Of a stretch of DNA of 64,000 nucleotides, positions 37,311-45,400 are shown one piece after another (position 1 is the first letter of the stretch; the number at the start of each line of letters is the position of its first letter). The translations under genes were made by a program, and so were the position numbers. The notes beneath the pieces were generated by a model. It saw only the letters and a program-made list of their open reading frames with translations, searched no databases and was not told where the DNA came from. The stretch comes from Parcubacteria group bacterium (lineage in GTDB: Bacteria > Patescibacteriota > Patescibacteriia > UBA11705 > JABHMO01), in contig JAZDPK010000048.1 of the NCBI GenBank assembly GCA_043797615.1, positions 22 to 64,021 of the forward strand. The letters run 5' to 3'.

Positions 37311-40300
37311 ATGAAGAAGTCAGTACTGGGTTTCGTGTTTCTGTGTTCGTGTCTGCTGTTCGCGGCGTGCGACGGCGGCAAAACCGGCTGCGGCAACCTT
37401 TGCGGACGCAACGAAGTCTGCGACAACGGTAGGTGCTATGTTCGTTGCACGAACGATTACACCTGCATCCATGACCTGGAAGCGGGCCCGTCGTTCGAGT
37501 GCGATTTGAACGCCGGCTACTGCGTGAAGCGCTCGTCTGTGCCGAATAACTATCCGACGGTTTCGTCCGATGGCGGTTTGGCGGTGGACGGCGGCGTTTC
37601 CCCGGATGGCGGATCGACAGTGGCTGACGGTGGAACGATTGATGCCGGGATTCCGGATGCCGGCTGGTCGCCTTGCGGTTTGACTGTTGAACAGATGCGG
37701 ACCGACGCGAATCATTGCGGCAATTGCGAAACCAAGTGCAATCTGCCGAACGCGACTTCAAAGTGCGTTGCCGGCGCCTGCGTCATTGACAAGTGCGAAG
37801 TCGGCAAGAAGGATTGCGACAACAATCCGGCGACCGGATGCGAATCTGATTCAGCCACCGACGTGAACAATTGTCGGACTTGCGGACGCGTTTGCGATTT
37901 TGAATTTTCCGGCGAGTTTTGCGATGACGGCATGTGCGTTCCCACGACCTGCAACCAAGACCGCGGCGAATGCAATCCGCATGACAGCGTTCCTTGCGAA
38001 ACCGAATTACCAAGCGACGTGGAAAACTGCGGACGGTGCGGACGGAGCTGTAACGATGTTTATCCGCATTCCATGACTTTTTGCCTCGACCGCACGTGCG
38101 AATGGGCGAATTGCCGGACTGGCTGGGGCGCTTGCAACGCGAATGTTCGCGGTTGCAACACCAACCTTTTCATTGACAACGCCAATTGCGGCGAGTGCGG
38201 GGCGAAGTGCGACATTCCGAACACATACGCCAACTGCGAAAGCGGCGCGTGCGTTCCGAGTCGCTGTAAAGAAGGTTTCGCGGATAGCGATAACAACCTG
38301 TTGAACGGTTGTGAAATCGATTTGCGGAACGACGTTCACAATTGCGGCTTTATCGATAACAGCTGCGAGGCGGCGAACGTGTCGGCGATGTGCATTAACG
38401 GCATGTGCGTGCGCACCGGCTGTGAAGGCGATTATGTCACTTGTCCGATGGACGCGGCGCAATGCGGCACGAATATTCGCATTGATTCCGACAACTGCGG
38501 CGGCTGCGGCATCCGTTGTTCCGCTTTGTATCCGAACATGGATACGACCTGCAACAACGCGGTGTGCATTCCGATCGCCTGTCTCGCGCCGTACATGGAT
38601 TGCCGATGGCAGCCCGGATGCGAGACCAACACCGATACGAATATGAATCATTGCGGCAACTGCGACGTGAAGTGCGAAAAGCTGAACGCCTACGCCACGT
38701 GCGAAGGCGGCGAGTGCATCGCTCTTCGTTGCAAGGAAGGTTTCGCGGACGCGGACAACAACTTGAATAACGGCTGCGAGATTGATCTTACGAAGGATTC
38801 TTTGAACTGCGGCCGACTCGATAATGATTGCGCGCGAACGAACGTCGCGACCATGTGCGTGAACGGATTCTGCACGCCGACCGGCTGCGACGCCAATTAC
38901 GCCACGTGTCCGACGAGCGCTTTGCTCTGCGATATTCATTTGTCGGTTGATACGGCGAATTGCGGCAGCTGCGGCTATAATTGCGAATCGGTTTATCCCG
39001 GTTCGAATGTGGCTTGCAACAATTCTCGCTGCGATTTCGTCAGCTGTAAAACCGGCAAGGGCGCGTGCGATCCGAATGCCCGCGGCTGCACCATTGATTT
39101 GCTTACGAACAACAGTCATTGCGGACAGTGCAACGCGAAGTGCGACATCCCGAATGTTTACGCCAACTGCGAAAGCGGAGCGTGCGTTCCGAGTCGTTGC
39201 AAAGAAGGTTTCGCGGACGCGGACAACAACCTGTTGAACGGCTGCGAGATCAATTTGCGCGAAGACTCGAACAACTGCGGCGAAGTCGGACACAACTGCG
39301 CGTTCACCAATGCTTCGAGCATGTGCGTGAACGGCATGTGCGTTCCGACCGGCTGCGACGCGGGCTACGCGACTTGTCCGTTGTCGTCGAACGTTACTTA
39401 TTGCGGCATCAATTTGACGACCGACGCGGCCAACTGCGGCAGCTGCGGTTATAACTGCGAATCGGTTTATCCGGGCATGGTTGTGACCTGCACTGACAGC
39501 GTTTGCGTTCCGACCGGCTGCAAGGACGGCAAGGCGGATTGCAAAGCGGCCCAGGCCGGTTGCGAAACGGACATCACGAACGACGATAACAACTGCAACG
39601 GTTGCGGCAATAAGTGCGTATTCACGAACGGCATTGGAGTTTGCCTGCTGGGGAGCTGCGCATTTGTCGGTTGCGAGCCCGGTTATTACGACCTCGACGG
39701 CTTGGCAAGCAACGGCTGCGAGATCGATTTGACCAAGGACTCGAACAACTGCGGCGAAGCCGGACACAATTGCGCGTTCACCAACGCTTCGAGCATGTGC
39801 GTGAACAGCGTTTGCGTTCCGACCGGCTGCGACGCGGGCTATGCCACTTGCGCGTCTTCGTCGAATCCGGCGTATTGCGCGACTTACTTGCCGACGGATA
39901 CAGCGAACTGCGGGAGTTGCGGTTACAACTGTGAAACGGTTTATCCGGGCATGGTGGTGACTTGCGCTGACAGCGTTTGCGTTCCGGTCGCCTGCAAGGA
40001 CGGCAAGGCGGATTGCAAAGCGGCCCATGCCGGTTGCGAAACCGATACCACCAGCGACGTGAATAACTGCGGCGGTTGCGGCATCAAGTGCGATCTGCCG
40101 AACGGCAATTCAGCGTGTGAAAACAGTCTGTGCGTGTTTAAGGGTTGTAATCCCGGTTTCGCCGATTGCGATCTAAATTTAATAAACGGATGTGAAGTCG
40201 ATTTGACGAGCAATGTGGCTTTTTGCGGACGCTGCACCAAATCGTGTTCTTTCGCCAACAGCGGCGCGGTTTGCACGGACGGGGTTTGCACTCCGACAAC

Positions 40301-40988
40301 GTGCGATCTGTGGACGGCGGATTGCGATGCCAACATGGCGACCAACGGCTGTGAAACCAACCTGCTCACCGACGCGAAGCATTGCGGCTCGTGCGCCACG
40401 GCGTGCGGGTTTGACAATGCCGGATCGGTTTGCACCAACGCCGTTTGCCAGATGGGTACGTGCAATGCCGGTTATCTGGATTGCAACGGCCGCCAGAATG
40501 ACGGTTGTGAAATCAATAAGATGACCGACCCGAACAATTGCGGGGTATGCGGCACGGTGTGCGGAAGCGGCAGTTCCTGCGTCAACGGCGTTTGCCAAGC
40601 AAGCGGAACGCCGGGAACGCCTTTGCCGGCAGTGACTTCCATCACTTGCAGCATCTGCTGTCCGACCGGACTCGGTTCGCCCGTGGTTTGGTATGGAGCC
40701 GGACCGCCCGACACCATGACTTGGACACCGGCAAGCGGCGGTTCATGCGGCATTCTAGTGATGCAAGCGGGAACGTTCTGCAAGCGCGGTCTGCATCCGA
40801 CTTACAGCGCGGCGTTCAGCGGTTGGTTTACATACAACTGCAACGCCACCTGGAGCGGAGCGACGGCGAACGATGTTTCCACTTGCGTTGATCAAAATGG
40901 CAACGCGCTCACGTTCCACGACATTGCCGGAGTGGTCAATACCAGCGGCGTGCGTGAAGTGGCGATCGAGCAAACTTGCCATGAATAA
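37311..40988 (+). CDS. giant Cys-rich repeat lipoprotein, paralog 3
   Basis: 1225 aa, RBS aaggagga. Signal with Cys (LLFAAC), the same N-module as paralog 2 (CGRNEVCDNGRCYVRCTNDYTCIHDLEAGPSFECDLNAGYCV), a DGG linker, about 19 units of D..NCG.CG..C...C..G.C....C..G..DC....NGCE, and the shared C-module ICCPTG...VWYG...FCKRGLHP...GWFTYNC...NTSGVREVAIEQTCHE. Confidence 0.85.
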   Translation: MKKSVLGFVFLCSCLLFAACDGGKTGCGNLCGRNEVCDNGRCYVRCTNDYTCIHDLEAGPSFECDLNAGYCVKRSSVPNNYPTVSSDGGLAVDGGVSPDGGSTVADGGTIDAGIPDAGWSPCGLTVEQMRTDANHCGNCETKCNLPNATSKCVAGACVIDKCEVGKKDCDNNPATGCESDSATDVNNCRTCGRVCDFEFSGEFCDDGMCVPTTCNQDRGECNPHDSVPCETELPSDVENCGRCGRSCNDVYPHSMTFCLDRTCEWANCRTGWGACNANVRGCNTNLFIDNANCGECGAKCDIPNTYANCESGACVPSRCKEGFADSDNNLLNGCEIDLRNDVHNCGFIDNSCEAANVSAMCINGMCVRTGCEGDYVTCPMDAAQCGTNIRIDSDNCGGCGIRCSALYPNMDTTCNNAVCIPIACLAPYMDCRWQPGCETNTDTNMNHCGNCDVKCEKLNAYATCEGGECIALRCKEGFADADNNLNNGCEIDLTKDSLNCGRLDNDCARTNVATMCVNGFCTPTGCDANYATCPTSALLCDIHLSVDTANCGSCGYNCESVYPGSNVACNNSRCDFVSCKTGKGACDPNARGCTIDLLTNNSHCGQCNAKCDIPNVYANCESGACVPSRCKEGFADADNNLLNGCEINLREDSNNCGEVGHNCAFTNASSMCVNGMCVPTGCDAGYATCPLSSNVTYCGINLTTDAANCGSCGYNCESVYPGMVVTCTDSVCVPTGCKDGKADCKAAQAGCETDITNDDNNCNGCGNKCVFTNGIGVCLLGSCAFVGCEPGYYDLDGLASNGCEIDLTKDSNNCGEAGHNCAFTNASSMCVNSVCVPTGCDAGYATCASSSNPAYCATYLPTDTANCGSCGYNCETVYPGMVVTCADSVCVPVACKDGKADCKAAHAGCETDTTSDVNNCGGCGIKCDLPNGNSACENSLCVFKGCNPGFADCDLNLINGCEVDLTSNVAFCGRCTKSCSFANSGAVCTDGVCTPTTCDLWTADCDANMATNGCETNLLTDAKHCGSCATACGFDNAGSVCTNAVCQMGTCNAGYLDCNGRQNDGCEINKMTDPNNCGVCGTVCGSGSSCVNGVCQASGTPGTPLPAVTSITCSICCPTGLGSPVVWYGAGPPDTMTWTPASGGSCGILVMQAGTFCKRGLHPTYSAAFSGWFTYNCNATWSGATANDVSTCVDQNGNALTFHDIAGVVNTSGVREVAIEQTCHE
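38304..40184 (+). repeat. four tandem in-frame super-repeats (465, 468, 474, 474 nt)
   Basis: Each unit starts at NGCE(I)(D/N)L: 38304, 38769, 39237, 39711. The next NGCEVDL starts at 40185. Each holds three Cys-rich sub-units. The last two copies are closely similar over 158 aa. Confidence 0.85.
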
Positions 40989-41001
40989 GTAGTTGTTTTC
41001 T

Positions 41002-41038
41002 AAGATGGATATTGCCGAGCAGTATCCATCTTTTATTT
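41002..41038 (+). terminator. rho-independent terminator
   Basis: aagatggata (41002-41011) pairs with tatccatctt (41023-41032), followed by ttatttt. Confidence 0.7.
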
Positions 41039-41204
41039 TAGAAGTGAGAAGTGAGATGTTGGAAGTCAGAATAATTTCACAAGAAGTCTTTCCAACCTCC
41101 CACATCCCACCTCCAAAATAGTGGATAAAGAAGATGCCAAATTGTTTTTCGCGTTAATTCATGATATATTAAAATCAAACGAATTCAGCCAAATTCAAAA
41201 TTTT

Positions 41205-42206
41205 ATGATTAAAAAAAATAAGATCAAAATGCCGAAAGACGCGGTGGTGGCGGTGACTTACCGCTGCAATTCGCGTTGCATCATGTGCAATATTTGGCAA
41301 ATCAAAGATTTTCCGGAAATGCCGGCCGAAGCTTATCGAAAATTGCCGAAAAGCTTGAAGTATATCAATATCAGCGGCGGCGAGCCGTTCTTGCGCAACG
41401 ACTTGGTTGAAATTGTTAAAGTTATTAAAGAAACTTGTCCGAAAGCGAATATAAACATTTCTACCAACGGTTTTTTAGTCGACACGATCAAGCGCGTTTT
41501 GCCGGAGATAAAAAAAGTTTATCCGAAAATAGAAATTTCAATCTCCGTGGACGGCATCGGGCAGATGCACGAGCAAGTGCGGCGAGTTGAAAATGCTTGG
41601 CCGAAAGTCGTGGAAACGATCAGATTCTGCCGCGACATTTTGAAAATAAAAGAAACCAGATTGGCGTTCACGATCAACAAGGAAAATTATCGCCAGCTGG
41701 GTTTGGCGCACGAATGGAGCAAAAAGCTGGGCGTGCAATTCACCGCGGCGATGATTCATTCGTCCGACATTTATTTCAGCAAGGAAAATTCGCTGGAAGG
41801 GGTGGATATGGAACATTTGAATAAGGAATTTGATTACGTGATAGGCGAGCTGATAAAGTCGAATCGGCCGACGGACTTGGCCAAGGCGTATTTTGTTCAC
41901 GGTTTGTATTTGGTGGCGAAGGGCGAGCGCCGGCCGCTGGAATCGTTCGCCGGCGAAGATTTTTTCTATTTGGATCCGAAAGGAGATATTTATCCTTCGG
42001 TCGTTGATAACATTATCATGGGCAATATTACCGAACCGGAAACGTTTGAACAAATTTGGTGTTCAAAACAGGCGGATGAGGCGAGAGAAGCGGTCAAAGG
42101 ATTAAACGGAAATTACTGGATGGTGTGTACGGCCAGGACGGCATATTTGCGCAATCCGCTGAAGGTGGCAAAGTGGATATTTACACGCAAATTGGGGATA
42201 AAATAA
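41205..42206 (+). CDS. radical SAM protein
   Basis: ORF 41121 (GTG)..42206, with the first in-frame ATG at 41205. CxxxCxxC cluster VTYRCNSRCIMCNIW, then ISGGEPFLR. The start codon is uncertain. Confidence 0.8.
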   Translation: MIKKNKIKMPKDAVVAVTYRCNSRCIMCNIWQIKDFPEMPAEAYRKLPKSLKYINISGGEPFLRNDLVEIVKVIKETCPKANINISTNGFLVDTIKRVLPEIKKVYPKIEISISVDGIGQMHEQVRRVENAWPKVVETIRFCRDILKIKETRLAFTINKENYRQLGLAHEWSKKLGVQFTAAMIHSSDIYFSKENSLEGVDMEHLNKEFDYVIGELIKSNRPTDLAKAYFVHGLYLVAKGERRPLESFAGEDFFYLDPKGDIYPSVVDNIIMGNITEPETFEQIWCSKQADEAREAVKGLNGNYWMVCTARTAYLRNPLKVAKWIFTRKLGIK

Positions 42207-42229
42207 GCTCAAAGCGCAAAGTTCAAAAT

Positions 42230-42270
42230 CAGTGCAGCGCAGTCGTGCCGACAGGCTGCACTGCGCTGTC
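42230..42270. repeat. 41-nt conserved hairpin element, copy 3
   Basis: Exact copy of 4057-4097, between the radical SAM and O-antigen-ligase-like genes. Confidence 0.9.
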
Positions 42271-42311
42271 AAAATAAACTTAAAATTCAAAGCTTAAAAT
42301 TTAAAGTAATT

Positions 42312-43709
42312 ATGCTTCATAAAATAAAAGAACTGTTTACCTCGAACGAACCGCACCAGCTGATTAAATTGTTGGCGATTGTGTTGGCGACAATGGCGGT
42401 TTTCAGTTTGATCGGCGTTAACTTGATGAATGTCGAATACGTGCTGGCGGTTGATTTGATTATTTTCATTTTGACGCTGTTTGTCAGATTCATAAACTTT
42501 GGATTTTACGCCCTGGTTTTCTTTTACCCTTTCGTGGGCTGGCAGCTTTTCTACGCCAAATTCGACGCGCCGTACGTTGATCTCGTCGCCATGCTGCTTT
42601 TGGCCGCGTATTTGATCAGATTGATCGTCGGGTTGGAAAAGAAGGAAAAAATTTTCAGCTGGAAGAATTTTCCCGGCGTTGTTTTCGCCGCGCTGTTTTT
42701 CATCGCCAGCGCGTTGTCCTTGTTTAATACCGATTACACTTTGACAATGTCGTCGCTGAAATATCTAGTCCGGCCGATTATATTTTTTTACGTGATGTTC
42801 GTGCTTTTGCCGTTCAACCTGATTAAAGATAAAAAAACGTTGCAAAACGCTTTGAAGATAATCTTGTTCGACGGCGCGATCGTTTCGCTCATCGGCATTC
42901 TGGCGGTGTCCGCGAGCAACGTCGCCTGGTATTTGCGCCGGGCCATTCCGTTTTCTTTCGGCAATTTCGATCCGCTCGGCGGCAATCAGAACGCCATTGC
43001 CGAAGCCTTGGCCGTGGCCATACCGTGCGCATTGATCTTGTTTATCCTGGCAAAAACGATCCGCGCCAAAAATTGGTATTTGGTTTCAACGATGATAATG
43101 ACTTTGGTTTTGATTTTGACTTTCTCCCTCGCCGGCTGGCTGGCTTTATTTCTGGAAATTTTAATATTATTCTTTGTTAAATTCTGGCATAAGTTCGAAA
43201 AGACAACGCTGATTCTCATTGTCCTGGCGTTGATCGTGATTCCGGCCGCGTTTTATTTCACGGTGTGGCACAATCTGGATTTTCTGCAGGCGTCGAACGC
43301 CAACCGCATCATGATGACGAAAATCGCGGCATACAGCTTTGCCCAGCATCCGATCATCGGCAACGGCTTGAACAGTTTTCAGCGGATACTCGGTTCGACG
43401 TTCACTTACACCGTCGAGTTCGCCGATCCGCTGGATTCGCACGGCTTTGTGCAAAAAATTCTGACTGAGTCCGGCATTTTGGGCTTTGTCAGCTTTATGG
43501 TACTTCTGGGTTATTTGTGGAAACGATATTTGAAAGCGTATATCGCGGCCAAGCGCTTGCCGATTAACAGCGATGTGATTTTGCTCTTCATCGCCATGTT
43601 CAGCGGCATCATCGCGTTCGAGCTTTTTTCCACGTCGTATTTCATCGCGAAAACCTGGCTGCCGATCGGGATCGGGCTGATCGGGGTTAAATTATATTCG
43701 GAATATTGA
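42312..43709 (+). CDS. O-antigen ligase/polymerase-like (Wzy_C family) membrane protein
   Basis: 465 aa, about 11-12 TM helices. HPIIGNGLNSFQ and DSHGFVQKILTESGILGF resemble the conserved Wzy_C loop. Confidence 0.75.
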   Translation: MLHKIKELFTSNEPHQLIKLLAIVLATMAVFSLIGVNLMNVEYVLAVDLIIFILTLFVRFINFGFYALVFFYPFVGWQLFYAKFDAPYVDLVAMLLLAAYLIRLIVGLEKKEKIFSWKNFPGVVFAALFFIASALSLFNTDYTLTMSSLKYLVRPIIFFYVMFVLLPFNLIKDKKTLQNALKIILFDGAIVSLIGILAVSASNVAWYLRRAIPFSFGNFDPLGGNQNAIAEALAVAIPCALILFILAKTIRAKNWYLVSTMIMTLVLILTFSLAGWLALFLEILILFFVKFWHKFEKTTLILIVLALIVIPAAFYFTVWHNLDFLQASNANRIMMTKIAAYSFAQHPIIGNGLNSFQRILGSTFTYTVEFADPLDSHGFVQKILTESGILGFVSFMVLLGYLWKRYLKAYIAAKRLPINSDVILLFIAMFSGIIAFELFSTSYFIAKTWLPIGIGLIGVKLYSEY

Positions 43710-43768
43710 AAAAGTTGATAGAGTCCCAATGGGATCCCTTCGGGATTTATAAAGTTGATTAAGTTTAT
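43708..43768. repeat. gttgata-word element with double mini-hairpin core, copy 2
   Basis: gaaaaagttgatagag-tcccaatggga-tcccttcggga-tttataaagttgattaag. Confidence 0.75.
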
Positions 43769-43808
43769 TCTTGAGTAATTCGCAAGCTGAATAGTTGATT
43801 TATAAACT

Positions 43809-44333
43809 ATGCAAATCAAGAAAAATAATTTCGCATATATCGACGGCGCGAACTTACACAAGGGCGTTAAGGAGCTTGGATGGAGTTTGGATTACAAGCA
43901 TTTCAGAATATGGTTGAAAGAAAAGTATTCCGTTGAAAGGGCGTACATTTTCATCGGGCTTATCCCCGAAAATAAAAACTTGTATACTTTTTTGCAGGAA
44001 GCAGGATTCACTCTCGTTTTCAAGGAAACCACTTATGACGGCGGCGGCAAAGTGAAGGGCAATTGCGACGCGGATTTGGTGCTGAAAGCGATTGTCGATT
44101 ATTACGAGAAGCAATTCGACAACGTCGTTATTGTCGCCAGCGACGGCGATTATGCGGGATTGGTGAATTTTTTCAAATGCAAAGCGGTTTTGCGGTCGCT
44201 GATTTCGCCCAATAACAGGTGTTCTTTTCTTTTGAGAAAGCTTAATGTGTCTTTGATTTATCTGGACACGCAACGGAATAAGTTGATTTACGCCCAAAAA
44301 GAAAAAGCCCCCGATAGAGACGGAACTCTATAA
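43809..44333 (+). CDS. NYN (LabA-like) domain protein
   Basis: 174 aa. FAYIDGANLHKG...GNCDADLVLKAIVDYY...VVIVASDGDYAGLV, the Asp pattern typical of NYN/PIN-like domains. Confidence 0.75.
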   Translation: MQIKKNNFAYIDGANLHKGVKELGWSLDYKHFRIWLKEKYSVERAYIFIGLIPENKNLYTFLQEAGFTLVFKETTYDGGGKVKGNCDADLVLKAIVDYYEKQFDNVVIVASDGDYAGLVNFFKCKAVLRSLISPNNRCSFLLRKLNVSLIYLDTQRNKLIYAQKEKAPDRDGTL

Positions 44334-44430
44334 GGGTCTTCTTCATAGTGATTGATTGTATTATAGCAGGTTAAAGCGATTTGTCAATAGCGCCAGTTAT
44401 CCACAGTTATAGTGTTAAAAATAACTTTTT

Positions 44431-45252
44431 ATGGAAAAAAATAAAGCAATCGCCATTTTCGAAGGCAAGCAAATCCGCCGGCATTGGGACGGGGAAAATG
44501 AACTTTGGTATTTTTCGGTTATCGATGTTGTCAGAGGTTTGACGGACAGCGTTGACGCCGGCGCTTATTGGCGAAAATTGAAACAAAGATTGAAAGAGGA
44601 AGGAAGCGAGGTCGTGACAAAATGTCACGAGCTGAAATTTATGGCTAATGACGGCAAATATTACGTTTCTGACGCGGCGGACACCGAAGTTATGTTGCGC
44701 CTGATCCAATCGGTTCCATCTCCCAAAGCCGAACCCTTCAAATTATGGCTGGCGCAAGTAGGCTACGAGCGCTTGGAAGAAACAGCTGATCCGGAATTGG
44801 CGATCGATCGCGCGCTTAAAACTTATTTGCAAAAAGGGTACAGCCGGGAATGGATCAATCAGCGGTTGAAAAGCATTGAAATCCGCAAAGAGCTGACCGA
44901 CGAATGGGAAAAGCGGGGAGTGAAGCAAGGCGCGGAATTCGCGATCTTGACCGATGAAATAACCAAGGCGTGGACCGGCATGACGACGAGAGAATACAAG
45001 GGCTTGAAAGATTTGAAAAAAGAAAACCTGCGCGACAACATGACCAATCTGGAATTGGTTTTGAATATGCTGGCGGAAACGGCGACGACGGAAATTTCGC
45101 ACAAGCGCGAGCCGAAAAATCTGGATGAAAATAAAATCGTGGCGCATGAAGGCGGAACGATCGCGGGCAACGCGCGCAAGCAAATCGAAGTTAAAACCGG
45201 CAGAAGCGTGATCGTCGGAAAGAACGCGAAGCGGTTGAAAAAGAGAAATTAA
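44431..45252 (+). CDS. Bro-N domain protein (antirepressor/DinD-like)
   Basis: 273 aa. IAIFEGKQIRRHWDGENELWYFSVIDVVRGL...KAEPFKLWLAQVGYERL. Confidence 0.7.
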   Translation: MEKNKAIAIFEGKQIRRHWDGENELWYFSVIDVVRGLTDSVDAGAYWRKLKQRLKEEGSEVVTKCHELKFMANDGKYYVSDAADTEVMLRLIQSVPSPKAEPFKLWLAQVGYERLEETADPELAIDRALKTYLQKGYSREWINQRLKSIEIRKELTDEWEKRGVKQGAEFAILTDEITKAWTGMTTREYKGLKDLKKENLRDNMTNLELVLNMLAETATTEISHKREPKNLDENKIVAHEGGTIAGNARKQIEVKTGRSVIVGKNAKRLKKRN

Positions 45253-45400
45253 GTTTTAAATTATGTTCAAACTATTCAGTCGAGCGGAAGCGCCGGCGCT
45301 GGCAAACGAGGAAAAATCCTCCGCGCCGGAAAAGCCGAAAAAAATCAATCTCGAGCGCTTGCTCGACAAGAAAATGAAAATATAATAAAATAAATCGCAT

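Noticed and set aside
38007-40028. 673-aa stop-free ORF on the minus strand, plus 37264..37761, 39941..40465 and 40179..40598
   Set aside because: It lies entirely antisense to the repeat region of the giant lipoprotein gene. Its product is Ala/Arg/Val-rich low complexity with no start context. The open frame follows from the repeated, GC-rich codon pattern (TGC/GGC/AAC) of the sense strand.
35598-40985. Diversity-generating retroelement targeting the shared C-terminal module of the three lipoproteins
   Set aside because: No reverse transcriptase gene and no template-repeat copy of the module exist in the window. Differences between the paralogs are spread over the whole module and are not confined to adenine-templated positions.
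45263-45385. 40-codon ORF (MFKLFSRAEAPALANEEKSSAPEKPKKINLERLLDKKMKI) between the Bro-N gene and hsdM
   Set aside because: It has no RBS, no motif and no homology evidence available. It may be a gene remnant but cannot be supported from sequence alone.
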